Source of the DNA: Eledone cirrhosa
Lineage: Eukaryota
Assembly (NCBI GenBank): GCA_964016885.1
Contig: OZ024743.1
Span: forward strand, 244,218,001-244,282,000
DNA length: 64,000 bases
Reading direction: 5' to 3'
Position numbers and translations under genes: made by a program. Under the pieces are notes generated by a model. It saw only the letters and a list, made by a program, of their open reading frames with translations. It had not been told where the DNA came from and did not search any database. Of the stretch, positions 1 through 11,967 are shown in pieces. The first letter of the stretch is position 1, and each line of letters opens with the position of its first letter.

Positions 1-694
1 TCAAATTCCAATGCTTCCTCTGCCTTTGGGACAGCAGAGCCACCTCTGACCACTACAAAAGAAAGAACTGGGAGCAGCGAACAGAATTTGTAGTTGGGAC
101 CTGGAACGTCATGTGGGAGCCACTGGTTGATCCCAGGATTGTGCTCATGCCGCCACTGCACATTAAGTTGGGGTTGATGAAGCAGTTTATGAAGGCTCTC
201 AACCAAGAATCAGCCGCTTTTAAGTACCTTCTTGAGTTCTTCCCCAAGTTATCTGAGACCAAAATCAAAGGTGGAATTTTTGTTGGACCTCAGATAAAGA
301 AGGTGTTTGAGTCTACCGAGTTCTCTAATAAGCTAAATAGGATTGAGAGAACAGCATGGAACTGTTTCAAGGCAGTTGTTAAGGGTTTTCTGGGAAACTA
401 CAGAGCTGAAAACTACAAGCAACTGGTGCAGGATCTGATAAAGGCTTTTGACGCCATGGGATGCAGGATGTCGCTTAAACTCCATATGCTGGACGCTCAC
501 CTGGAAAAATTCAAGGACAATATGGGCGCCTACTCAGACGAACAAGACGAACGATTCCATCAAGATGTGAAAGAGATAGAGCGGAGGTACCAGGGCCACT
601 ACAATGAAAAAATGATGGGGGACTATATCTGGGGCTAGTGCGGGAATACGACCTGGACTACAACCGCAAATCCAGGAAATCCAGTCATTTCTGA
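1..694 (+). pseudogene. C-terminal transposase fragment (ORF 111-638) with a premature TAG at 636-638; the frame continues to TGA at about 694
   Basis: Reads MMGDYIWG*VREYDLDYNRKSRKSSHF*. Homologues continue past DYxW into a basic tail. Confidence 0.75.
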
Positions 695-978
695 CGTGTG
701 TATAAGTTGCTTTATAAGTGTTATTTGTTTTTACTTGTTTGCTTTTGATAAGCTTGTGTAATAAAATAAATATATACTCTGTTTATTTAATTATATGAAC
801 TGATAAATTTTAAAAAAATGTATCTTTTCTTGAAAAATATGAATATTTCGAAGTATCAAACTTCTGACCACAAACCCAAACTTCTGTTTAAATAATAGTG
901 TTTTTTTAATAATAATGGGATATAACAAACCAGTAAATGACACTTAGAACGGGGGAACAAAAAATATGTTACACGGTG
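1..978 (+). mobile_element. 3' part of a Chapaev3-like (CMC superfamily) DNA transposon, running off the window start
   Basis: Transposase motifs PPLHIKLGLMKQF, MSLKLHMLDAHL and SDEQDERFHQD. The AT-rich 3' region ends GGGGAACAAAAAATATGTTACACGGTG, matching the CAC...GTG termini of this group. Family assignment is from recalled motifs. Confidence 0.75.
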
Positions 979-2751
979 TTATCGAAGTCAAAATCCTCAC
1001 TCGGTGTGGTATGAGAGACATCATATTTATACCTAGAATTCCTCTAATATTAATAGATGTTCCTTTTCATTATAAACGATTTCAATTCCCAGTGGGAATT
1101 ACGCAATAAACATTAACAAGTTCAAGGCCAAACACTGCAGGTTGTCCGTCACACTCTAGAAGAGGTCAAGGCCAAACACTGCAAGTTGTCCGTCGCTCTC
1201 TAGAAGTTCAAGGCTAAACACTGCAGGTTGTCCGTCGCTCTCTAGAAGTTCAAGGCCAAACACTGCAGGTTGTCCGTCGCTCTCTAGAAGTTCAAGGCCA
1301 AACACTGCAGGTTGTCCGTCGCTCTCTAGAGTAGGTCAAGGCCAAACACTGCAGGTTGTCCGTCGCTCTCTAGAAGTTCAAGGCCAAACACTGCAGGTTG
1401 TCCGTCACTCTCTAGAAGTTCAAGGCCAAACACTGCAGGTTGTCCGTCGGTCTCTAGAAGTTCAAGGCCAAACACTGCAGGTTGTCCGTCGCTCCCAAGA
1501 AGAGGTCAAGGCCAAACACTGCAGGTTGTCAGTCGCTCTCTAGAAGTTCAAGGCCAAACACTACAGGTTGTCCGTCGCTCTCTAGAAGTTCAAGGCCAAA
1601 CATTGCAGGTTGTCCGTCGCTCTCTACAAGAGGTCAAGGCTAAACACTGCAGATTTCCATCGTTCTCTAGAAGTTCAAGGCCAAACACTGCAGGTTGTCC
1701 GTCGCTCTCTAGAAGTTCAAGGCCAAACACTGCAGGTAGTCCGTCGCTCTCTAGAAGTTCAAGGCCAAACACGGCAGGTTGTCCGTCGCTCTCTAGAAGA
1801 GGTCAAGGCCAAACACTGCAGGTTGTCCGTCGCTCTCTAGAAGTTCAAGGCCAAACACTGCAGGTTGTCCGTCACTCTCTAGAAGTTCAAGGCCAAACAC
1901 TGTAGGTTGTCCGTCGCTCTCTAGAAGAGGTCAAGGTCAAACGCTGCAGGTTGTCTGTCCCTCTCTAGAAATTCAAGGCCAAACACTACAGTTTGTCCGT
2001 CGCTCTCTAGAAGAAGTCAAGGCCACACACTGCAGGTTGTCCGTCGCTCTCTAGAAATTCAAGGCCAAACACTGCAGGTTGTCCGTCGCACTCTAGAAAT
2101 TCAAGGCCAAACACTGCAGGTTGTCCGTCGCTCTCTAGAAGAGGTCAAGGCCAAACACTGCAGGTTTTCCGTCGCGCTCTAGAAGTTCAAAGCCAAACAC
2201 TGCAGGTTGTCCGTCCTTCTCTAGAAGTTCAAGGCCAAACACTGCAGGTTGTCCGTCGCTCTCTAGAAGAGGTCAAGGTCAAACACTGCAGGTTGTCCGT
2301 CGCTCACTAGAAGAGGTCAAGGCCAAACACTGCAGGTTTTCCGTCGCTCTCTAGAAGTTCAAGGCTAAACACTGCAGGTTGTCTGTCGCTCTCTAGAAGT
2401 TCAAGGCCAAACACTGCAGGTTGTCCGTCACTTGTATGTTGGTTATTCCAGAATAGGAAGTCACAACAAACACCACACCATAATAAGTACAAAGAAAGCA
2501 GTTCAAAACTTTGTATATACTGAACTTTCGTAAATGTTTTATAATTTTTGTAGAATACATTTTTCTTTCATTTGCTTTATTACTTTCTGTATTTAGATAT
2601 TCTAAATAAATAAAAAAAATTCTGTAATATAGAAATACCTTTTAACATCTTTTATTCTAAGGAAAATGGACATTGCGATAGATGATAATATGAACATTTT
2701 AAATAGATTTGAGTACAGTACAGACCGAGGCAAAGGACGGGAGGCCACTAG
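979..2751 (+). mobile_element. Helitron 3' remnant: PIF1-like helicase C-terminus plus 3' terminus
   Basis: 981-1150 translates with lesions as IEVKILTRCG..IFIPRIPLILIDVPFHYKRFQFPV..INK.QGQTLQVV. 2433-2530 gives LYVGYSRIGS...NFVYTELS*. An imperfect GC hairpin is followed by CTAG (2748-2751) and T. Confidence 0.85.
1118..2430 (+). repeat. Minisatellite, about 31 copies of a 42-bp unit with a 44-bp variant
   Basis: Unit AAGTTCAAGGCCAAACACTGCAGGTTGTCCGTCGCTCTCTAG; the variant has AAGAGGTCAAGG in place of AAGTTCAAGG. Confidence 0.97.
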
Positions 2752-2789
2752 TGTATACATACATACATACATACACATACGCACACACA

Positions 2790-2862
<73 letters not shown>

Positions 2863-2968
2863 ACGCGCGCGCGCGCGCATATATATATATATATATATAA
2901 GAAAATGAGGGTTTTTTTTTAAATATAAAAACGAGGTGTCCTACACGGGTGAAAGTATAAGGAAAAGA

Positions 2969-3202
2969 AATCGAAAATGCAACTGGAGTCTTTTTAAGAG
3001 TATTTATTTATTTATTTTACCGGTTTCACAGTTCTTAAGCTTTTCAAAAGTAGAATTGAGATGGAGGGTTTGTAGTTTGTCTCATGCGAGAAAAACCACA
3101 AACCCTCCATCTCAATTCTACTTTTGAAAAGCTTAAGAACTGTGAAACCGGTAAAATAAATAAATAAATACTCTTAAAAAGACTCCAGTTGTATTTTCGA
3201 TT
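2969..3202. repeat. Near-perfect fold-back palindrome (about 115-bp arms); probable inverted Penelope-like pLTR with a degenerate HHR
   Basis: AATCGAAAATGCAACTGGAGTC... pairs with ...GACTCCAGTTGTATTTTCGATT; centre TCTC-ATGC-GAGA. A single-arm relative with the same flanking tail lies at 54417-54600. Confidence 0.85.
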
Positions 3203-3383
3203 GTTGGTTACAGAGCAAAATACCTGTTGATAACGTGATAAACTTATTGTCAACAAGTGCAAAATAACAAAATTGTTGTGGTGGTCAAACAAGTGCTTTA
3301 ACCCCCAAATCATCTGCAATAATGAATTAGTTACTTATACTGAAGGTATCATAGCCTGCCCAGTCTGAGTGTGAGTAAGTGGA

Positions 3384-3730
3384 TGCAGCATAGTCGAATG
3401 GTTAAGAAGTTTCTTTGCAATCATTTCGTCCTGGGTTTGATTGCACTGCGTGGAATCTTGTATATGTTATTTACTATAGCTTCGGGTCGACCCAAACCTT
3501 GTGACTTAAATTGGATTGACAGAAGCTGTTTGGAAGCTCGTCGGATGTAATGGAAATGTAATTCAAATGTTCAGCCTGTTATACACTGTGTCATGTAGAA
3601 TCTACCTGAGAATTACGTTAAGGGAATACGTGTCTATGGAATGATCAACTAATTACAAGTTAATTTTACGAGTAAGCTGTTCATTGATCGAACAACTGGA
3701 ACAATCCTCGTCGAAACCGACGGAGCTCCA
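3384..3730 (+). mobile_element. Degenerate tRNA-derived SINE (CORE/OR-like head plus 3' body)
   Basis: A/B-box-like TAGTCGAATGGTTAAG...GGTTTGATT. The body is shared with copies near 15545-15790, 15900-16050 (-), 17940-18085, 37985-38220, 43355-43460, 45000-45080 and 47780-48070. Confidence 0.65.
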
Positions 3731-4358
3731 TTTCCTCTGCCTATGTGTGTGTGGCAGGGTCGTCTTTGTTAGCGTGTAAGTGACGATGTGTGACACGGCT
3801 GGCACATAAAAATACAGATACATCTTTCATTGTTTTTCATTTTATATTTTTTTTAATTTGAGTGGTCTGGTGCAACGTGAAATAAAATGTCTTGTTCTAA
3901 TAAAACTCAATGTACTGCCGGGTATCGAACTCATGACATTCCGATCGTGAGTCAAATACCTTAACCACTAAGCTTGTACAGATCGACGGAATCTTAGTTA
4001 AGGACTACGGGGTTTATTTTCGAAGAATTCTCCTATAGAAAGCCAGCTAGCTTTGGTGATCGAGTACCTTTGTAACAATGTTAGGGGTTATCAAATGATA
4101 CGCTGACCTTTCTCACGTGTCAATTAAAATTTCGCAGCTGTCTACACTGGGTGACTTTAGAGTAGCGGCCATTGTTTACGTCATTTTGTAAATTGTAGAG
4201 TTGTTGTGGACACACATACACGCGCACACGCATGCACTGGCACTCATGTACATATGTATGTATATGTAAATCATCATATATATAATACACACACACACAC
4301 ACACACACACATACACACACATATATATATATATATATATGTCTGTATTACACATGTA

Positions 4359-4418
<60 letters not shown>

Positions 4419-4820
4419 ATATACACGTATAAGATATATAATTATGTGGGTATAGCTACAGTTTCAGTGTTTTGACTTGTCAGCGTATAGCATTAGGGAC
4501 TTTAAAAAAAAACTAAATAAATACAACAGAATAAATGTAGAAACCACAAAAAAAAAAACAAGAAAAAAACATAAACAAAAAAAAAACAGCAACGGTAACA
4601 AAAGATAGAAGGAGAGTACACTGAGTGGAAATGGCTTTGCCATCTGTGCTATGGCTTAGCCAGAACCAGCATTTTAGTTTAACATATTTACATGGTAAAC
4701 AGATTTTGGTAGTTGGGTGATTTTTCAAAACAGGCAGCTGCCAGATCTAATGTATTTGGCCGAAACTACTGCTGTATTAAGTAGAATAAATATCTCTATA
4801 TCTATCTATCTATCTAGCAA

Positions 4821-4886
<66 letters not shown>

Positions 4887-4888
<2 letters not shown>

Positions 4889-5025
4889 AAAAGGTTCAGG
4901 ACCCCGACGGCAGAGCTCAAGCCGTTTCGGCCGGCTATTTCTATTACCCACTCTACTACCCAAAGTATCGACTACTCTGGTGCGTTATGGTCCACCTGGT
5001 TCCTTACCACACTTCCTTCGTTATA
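4887..5025. mobile_element. Short repeat related to the 54182-54390 fold-back element, lacking most of the right arm
   Basis: GACCCCGACGGCAGAGCTCAAGCCGTTTCG and TATTACCCACTCTACTACCC...CCTTCGTTATATAT are shared with 54182-54390. Confidence 0.8.
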
Positions 5026-5217
5026 TATGCACCTTACTGCTGCATTAGTGCGGCAGAAACTCGAGTCCGGGAACCTTATAGGCACCCGTTTTACTTGTGT
5101 TGTGTTGAGGCAAATAACTATGTGTATACTCTGGTAATGTATCTTACATTGCCCATTGAGTGAGTGCGCTGAGATACAACCGGTACTGGCATTGATAAAT
5201 ATGCTGGGTCCGTCAAC

Positions 5218-5321
<104 letters not shown>

Positions 5322-5425
5322 ACACACACACACACAAATATATAAAGAATTGTAGGATTGTGCACAGATAATATATTAGTGAATCAAATTCCAACACAGC
5401 TAAATTTTCACATTTCTTTCTTTAT

Positions 5426-5474
5426 TATTTTCATAAGTACATTCATGTCTTCTGGGACACTCTTCAGGTAAATA
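5426..5474 (-). ncRNA. Degenerate hammerhead-like motif
   Basis: Minus strand reads CTGAAGA-GTGTC-CCAGAA-GACAT-GAA-TGTACT-T. A15.1 is mutated and stem I is poor. Confidence 0.35.
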
Positions 5475-5980
5475 TTAACGTTGCCGCTATAGCTAGGTGG
5501 ATATATATATATGATGGTTAAGACTCGATTTCAAGTAATGCCATCGCTTGATACTGAAGCATGAGACGGATGTGGCTTTTTAGTCCTGCTAGGGACTTGC
5601 CTATGGTTAGTAATATCATACATCGCAAGAATAGTCACATATAAAGCGATGCCTGTGTTTGAAGATTTTTTAAGAGAGAAAAGGCTTTGCACGGAGCCAA
5701 TCCCACTCTCTGAACATCGAATGCATTTGCACCAAAAGAAGAAATCATTGGATGTTTCGAAGTCGCAAGTTTTATATCAAAGTGACCTTCCCCTAGAGAG
5801 ATGTCTTAATGGAGACTAGGAATCTCTCGCTCCGCAAAAAGAAAAAAAAAATTGTTTAAACTTTAAAAAAAAAATACAGCCCCCCCCCCCCCCCCTCCAA
5901 ATGTATATACACTTCAACAGCATTAGAATAAATATATGTATACATATTTGGGGGACACTCTGGATATATATATATATATA

Positions 5981-6120
5981 CTACCCGGCGTTGCTTGGGT
6001 GTAAGTCGACCTTTGTTCTGTTGTTAAAATGTGTGAAAGTTACTTCCCGCGCATCACAGGTGCAAAACCCTTCGAACCTCAAGGAAAAAAAACAGAGGTT
6101 AGTAGACGCAGGTGTGTAAT
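5981..6120 (-). mobile_element. Helitron-like 3' terminus fragment
   Basis: Minus strand ends CCCAAGCAACGCCGGGTAG-T, resembling the common Helitron 3' hairpin, but ends GTAG rather than CTAG. Confidence 0.45.
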
Positions 6121-6134
6121 TGAGCATAAATAAT

Positions 6135-6311
6135 TGTTTCTACTTTAGGTACAAGGCCAGCAATTAACCAGTGCATTACTGGTACTTTATTTTATCGACC
6201 CCGTAAGGATGAAAGGCAAAGTCAACCTCGGCGGGATTTGAACTCAGATCGTAAAGGGACGTAACTATGCTGGAAAGCATGGCGTCCCACCCTCTACCGA
6301 TACTGCCAATC
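6135..6311 (-). mobile_element. tRNA-derived SINE (Meta-like core) with a 10-bp TSD
   Basis: Minus strand has A box TGGCAGTATCGGTAGA, B box GAGTTCAAATCCC and core GCCTTTCATCCTTACGGGGTCGATAAAATAAAGTACCAG. TSD CATAAATAAT at 6125-6134 and 6312-6321. Confidence 0.85.
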
Positions 6312-7899
6312 CATAAATAATGGATCAATTGTAGGTACACAGTGTATCGTTGAGATTGTCAAATTCACTTGAAATTGAATTTTCAGCTGATTTTTAAAGC
6401 AGGGTGAAAAAGTCGATTTTTTTCATTTTTTTTTTTTTTTTACAATTTTCGCCCTCACATGTGCAGAAGAAGAAATAAAAGGGACTTTATCTGAACTGCG
6501 GCATAATGGCGAGTCTTTTGCGACAGTTTTCAAGAAAATCGGACGTTCATGTAAAAAGTTTTCCCATGTGCAACTTTGCCGTGTTTTTTGCGCAAAGTCG
6601 AACCCCCGCTTCAGTTTTATTGATTTTTTACATGAATGCGTGACCTCTGAAGTAGATTTGAGTAGCTAAAAACCTGTCCCGGTAAATTTGCTATAGGTGA
6701 AAAAAAGTTGATCAAAATTGCGTCTAGGGTTATTGCCCTTTGCAACAGCCTCAACGTGTCTTCAAGTATGGTTTGTTAATTTGTTGTGGAACTAAATCGA
6801 CTTTCGTCAAATCGGTCCGAGGAAACAATGTTTCCATTTGTCTTTCTAGCAGGTGTACCCGGTTACACTCGGGGTTATAAGGCGCTGGATTTAAATGGGT
6901 CTGCGCTAAATTTCAGCAGGATGCTTTAACCGAAATAAATGAAGAACAAACGTTTCTTTTTGTGCTCCAATCTGTGATATTGGTATTTTGAAAAAATGGT
7001 CCACAAACATCCATGGAGCAAGTGTAACGCATGTATCAGGTTATGAGAAAAAGGGTTTTTGATTCTCCATTCATAAGATACCCCAAAATTGCACGCAAAT
7101 AAACCGGGATTTTAAAGCTCTGCCCAATTCATAGCTGAAAGATATGAATCAAGTGGAATAATGTTTTGCGACATTGTCAAATGTACAACCGTACAAAAGC
7201 AAAGGATATAGCGATTGAAATCTAGGTAGACCAAAGAATTTGGTGGGGTTGTATATCAGAGGATTGTTTTCCTTGTGATTCGCGTCTAGCCTACAAAGTG
7301 AAGTTAGATGATTGTAGTCGGTGTTGTATCAATAAAAAATAAAACATACGGAAGACTGAACACTTACGAATTAAGTGAAAATCACGTTGATATTCGGAGC
7401 AACATGTGCCGAAAAATCTCGCGGACTGTTGTGTCAATATTGAAATCGTAGAAATTGCGAATCCCGACCTCTAAGATGTAATGGATAGGCCTTGGAGGTG
7501 AAGAGGAAGAATTGGTACAATTGTTTTGCTGAACATTAATTTAAATAGACTTACGCAGCATCATCGTACGGTTTTGTTGTTTATGGCCTAGAATGAGGGC
7601 CGGTTAAACGCGGCAGAAAAATAAGCCATGCTGATGATGTTTAGGGGCGTCGCAGGGAATAGATGCGGTGTTGTCAGTCAATTGTGAGGACAGTGGAAGG
7701 CACACTGATCGCTTGAGAAGACGCGATGCTACACAGGATGCTTCTCGGCCATAATTGACAGAAAGGAATGTCAGGAGAAATGAAAGAGTTGCTATTCTTC
7801 CTTTGCTTAGCATGATGAACATATAATTAAAAAGATTTACCATTGACTATCGTGCACGTTGGTATTGTGTTTAGCCTGCAAAAATCGATGGTTAAATGG

Positions 7900-8935
7900 G
7901 GCAACAATAAGCCATGCTGATGACGTTTAAGCGGGTGGCAAGGAATTGATGCAGCATAGATAGCCATGGGAGTCTTGAAGGAGCACGGCGAGGAGGGGAT
8001 GGTGCTGACAGTGTATGGATGCGGCATCCTGAGGCCTGACGATGCAGTGGATCAACGGCCAGCAGGCAAGGAAGAGGGCAGGAGTGGACGGTGGCAAGGA
8101 TGTCGCATGGTGAGCCATGGAAGTCTTGAAGGAGCACTGCGGGCAGGTAAAATAAAAGACCGAGGAGGGAATGGCGGCTGACAGAGCATTGATGCAGCAT
8201 GGTGATGCATGACGTTGCAGTGGGACAACGGCGTTCAGGGAACGGAGAGGGCAGGGGTTGACGGTGGCAGGGATGCGACTTGGTCCCTCAAGACTGCCAT
8301 GCCTAGGCAGTGGAAAGGGTCGGGGAGTGGATGGCGGCTGACAGGGCAGGGATGCAACATGATGAGGCATGACGAAAGGACAGGATGCATGGCGGCTGAC
8401 AGGGCGTGGATGCGGCATGCCAATTGAGTTGCACCTCGGGAATGTAGAGAGCACCGGGAGGCACGATGATTGTTTGAGAAAACCGGGTGCAAGGCAGGAG
8501 CACGGCGGGCAGGCAAAAGAAAGGGCTGAGGAGGGGATGGTGGCCGACAGGGCAGTAATGCGGCATGGTGAGGCATGACGATGCAATGAGACGACGGCGT
8601 GCAGGGAAGGGGGGGGGGCAGGGGTTGACGGTGGCAGGGATGCGGCTTGGTCAGGCATTGAAGTTTTGAGCTCTCACGGAGTGTAGGCAATGGAAATGGG
8701 CAGGGGTGGAAGGTGGCAGGGATTCGGCATGTTGAGCCATGGCAGTCCTTAGGGCCCACGGAGGGCATGCAATGGAATAACCGGAGAATGAATTGCGGCT
8801 GGAAGGGCAGAGATGCACAACGATGTAGTGGGTCGACGGCGTGCAGGGAAAGGAGAGGGCAGGGGTTGACGGATGCCTCATTATGCTACGGTAGTGGGAC
8901 CACGGGAATGAAGAGAGCGCATGGAGGCTCGATGA
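7900..8935. repeat. GC/purine-rich diverged internal repeat region
   Basis: Recurrent GATGCAGCATGGTGA, GGCAGGGGTTGACGGTGGCAGGGATGCG and GCCATGGRAGTCTTGAAGGAGCAC motifs. Confidence 0.75.
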
Positions 8936-9401
8936 TCGCTTGAGAAGACTGGGCGCAATACAGGATGATGCGCGGTGGTATAGTCTTGATAGTCCTTATA
9001 TAAGAAATGGAAGAATCAGCATAAAAGGTTTGCTGAATATGGTGAGCGTTAATTTAAAGAGACTTACGGTGGATAATCCTGATAGATTGAACGTTTTTTG
9101 CATGGCGGGAGTCGCGACAAATGGAAGCAAGAAGAATGGCGTTTTTCGGTTGCCGGATGGTGATGCTCAATGAAGCTGATAGATAACGGCGTTCGCGAAG
9201 GGATGCTTTAAGGCTCTGCATGGAGAATTGGCCCCAGGGTAGAAGATATTTCGCCATTGATAATTAAACTATGAATAATTGTCTGCCCTAGCTCTTAAAG
9301 GTCTCATTTAACGCATGATTTATGAGTTTAAAAAAAACTTTCTGAATTTTCATAAGGAAAGTATATACTTTCGGGCGTTCAACCATCTGGCAGAAAGGTA
9401 T

Positions 9402-9444
9402 ACGGTGCTGACGATAGCTAATAAGCTTGAAACTAGTACATCGT
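9402..9444 (+). ncRNA. Minimal type I hammerhead ribozyme
   Basis: Stem I ACGGTG/CATCGT; core CTGACGA; stem II AGCT-AATA-AGCT behind a T.T pair; GAA; palindromic stem III ACTAGT; GUA cleavage triplet ending at 9438. Confidence 0.8.
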
Positions 9445-9845
9445 TCCTGTGTCAGTGTTGAGCAAAAAGGTGACGTGGTTGCCTAAACACTGTACGGCGT
9501 AATTCAGGCTGTTTGTTTGTTTACAAACGAACAAACCGAGCATTATAATAAATGTTCGGTAAACTGATACGTGCATATATATATGTGTGTGCCTGTATGT
9601 ATATATATACATGCTACTGTACGTCTGTATACATATATGTATGTACGTATACATACATACTTACATTTAAGTAAGTGCCGTACTAAGAGTGAGAAATGAA
9701 ATTTCGTTTCATTCTATTCCATTTATCGTTTTCGGTGCGCCTGGCCGACTGAACTCACTCGATATGCAAATTAGGCTGCTCAGCCGTTAATTTTCATAAG
9801 GAAAGTATATACTTTCGGACGTTCAACCATCTGGCAGAAAGGTAT

Positions 9846-9888
9846 ACGGTGCTGACGATAGCTAATAAGCTTGAAACTAGTACATCGT
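9846..9888 (+). ncRNA. Minimal type I hammerhead ribozyme, second copy
   Basis: Identical to 9402-9444; predicted cleavage after 9882. Confidence 0.8.
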
Positions 9889-10425
9889 TCCTGTGTCAGT
9901 GTTGAGCAAAAAGGTGACGTGGTTGCCTAAACACTGTACGGCGTAATTCAGGCTGTTTGTTTGTTTACAAACGAACAAACCGAGCATTATAATAAATGTT
10001 CGGTAAACTGATACGTGCATATATATATGTGTGCCTGTATGTATATATATACATGCTACTGTACGTCTGTATACATATATGTATGTACGTATACATACAT
10101 ACTTATATATATGGTACAAATCGGCCCATAAACCCTATACATTCCTTGGTAGAATCTATACTGTTTGTCATCACTGGAGGGAGCCATATCGCCAAAAGTC
10201 TCTGAAGTCGTTAAGATATCCAGATGATGAGGGGAATGTCTCGCAGTGCAAAGTGTATGTAGAATATATAAATATGGTGAATGGGAAATCTTTAATCAAC
10301 TGAGATTATCCTCCCAATATCAAAACTAAAACTTCCTTCGGTATTTTAGATAGTGAAAAGCAAGCAGAAGGAGAACTCTTATAGTCTAAGCCTATCTAAA
10401 ATTGCTTCTCACAAGAAAAAACGAA

Positions 10426-10456
<31 letters not shown>

Positions 10457-10828
10457 CGTGATAGGTAAAATAAGTGCATGACTTGAATAAATGACTAATC
10501 ATAAAACATATATGGTAGTGTCAAATAGGAAAGAAAAAGGGCACTAAATTCCCAGTGGAGTCGTAGGGGCGCTGTCCTGATTTCATCCAGTGAAGGAAAA
10601 AGTGATAAAGAGGGAGAAATTGATAAAGACATAGGAAGAATCAACCCCAGTACTTGGTTTATCAATCTCAAATGAATGAAGAGTAAATTTTTGCCTTGAC
10701 GGAATTTGAATTCAGCGCAGTGAGCCGAAGCAATTACCGAGGCAATTTATCCAGTGCCATAACCACTACACTAAGTCACCGCCTTGTGGTAGTGTATACA
10801 ACAAAGAATAATGTGTGTGTATGCGGCA

Positions 10829-11110
10829 ACTTAGTGCAGTCGTCGACTAACCCAGGCCCTGCTGCACTTCGGGCCCAGGAGAGTAAACTCTCCAAATATC
10901 GGTCGCTCTCCAACAGGTTTGCGGTCGAGCCCAACGCAGTAAAGACTTCTGGTGTACTTGGCCCTAGGGCCTCCTCCCTACTCACCACCATCGGCACAGT
11001 GTTGGCTACCCGCAGGTGTGAACCTGGCGAGCTGGAATAGCCCTTCTAGCGCGTCTCCCTCACCATCCTCCGGAGAAAAACCTTCTCTCGGGGCCACGGA
11101 ATGGTCAGTG
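10829..11110 (+). mobile_element. 3' fragment of a CRE-clade-like non-LTR retrotransposon (restriction-like endonuclease C-terminus)
   Basis: PAALRAQESKLSKYRSLSNRFAVEPNAVKTSGVLGPRASSLL...RVSLTILR resembles the AAxxAExxKxxKY...P.AVETxGxxG...QRISxAIQRGN signature; in-frame stops are present. Confidence 0.75.
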
Positions 11111-11284
11111 CGTGGGCGCCCATTTGCTCATAATAGATGGGGAGCACGGGAGCGACGGAGAGACCTTGTGTATATGTATATATTTATTTACCACACCACT
11201 TGTTAGATACATATAAAATAAGAGAATATTGCTATGAATTAATCTTTTAAAACGTCTCGACAAAAATTTTTCGATAAACAAACT

Positions 11285-11424
11285 ACAGTAAGTCCCCAAT
11301 TTACGAACGAGTTACATTCCAAGTAGCCGTTCGTTAGTTGATTTGTTCGTTAGTTGATTGTCTAATACAGTACGTACCAATAAGCCCATATGTGTTACAT
11401 TGATACTGTAAGTTTCCATATGAA

Positions 11425-11500
<76 letters not shown>

Positions 11501-11967
11501 TATAGAGGTATATATAACATGTAATAATTGTTTCTACTTTTGGCACAAGGCCACCAATTATCCCAGCGCATTACTGGTACTTTATTTTATCGACCTCGTA
11601 AGAATGAAAGGCAAAGCTAAAAGGACTTTTTCAATTCTGCGAAAGCGGAAGAGCGCTCTCACGCCACCGTGCAGCAAACATGCAAATCTCGACCCGCGAA
11701 TGTCAAACTTAGACAATATTTTTCTTCGTGAGACTATTCGTATTTGCCGAAGTCCGTAAGTAGGATGTTCGTTATCGAGGCGCTCACACTTACGACTATA
11801 AATTTTCTGTGTACACATATTTATATGTTATGCATAATATGAATTATTATGTTGCGTATTTTAAAGAAAAATTGGTCGTTAAGCGAGGAACTGCTTTTCT
11901 GATTAATCCGCTTTACGATCATTTTAGTGGTACGGAATCTGGTCGTTAAACTATTTTTACTGCTGTA
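11285..11967. mobile_element. Fragments of Tigger/pogo-like MITEs interrupted by (TA)n and a partial SINE
   Basis: TA-CAGTAAGTCCCCAATTTACGAAC TIR-like start; GTTCGTTATCGAGG and GGTCGTTAAGCGAGG end-like motifs. Confidence 0.4.

Larger units (their letters stand above)
9345..10103 (+). repeat. Tandem duplication, 444-bp period (about 1.7 copies), one hammerhead per unit
   Basis: AATTTTCATAAGGAAAGTATATACTTTCGG starts at 9345 and 9789; the copies are nearly identical. Confidence 0.95.

Noticed and set aside
1118-2430. CRISPR-like array
   Set aside because: Units are contiguous with no unique spacers, there are no cas genes, the context is eukaryotic, and the unit derives from helicase coding sequence.
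6135-6311. tRNA genes at A/B-box motifs
   Set aside because: No cloverleaf can be formed; these are SINE heads followed by a shared core and TSDs.
7927-8768. Minus-strand Pro/Cys/His-rich ORFs as genes
   Set aside because: They are open frames in a GC-rich diverged repeat with no recognisable domain.
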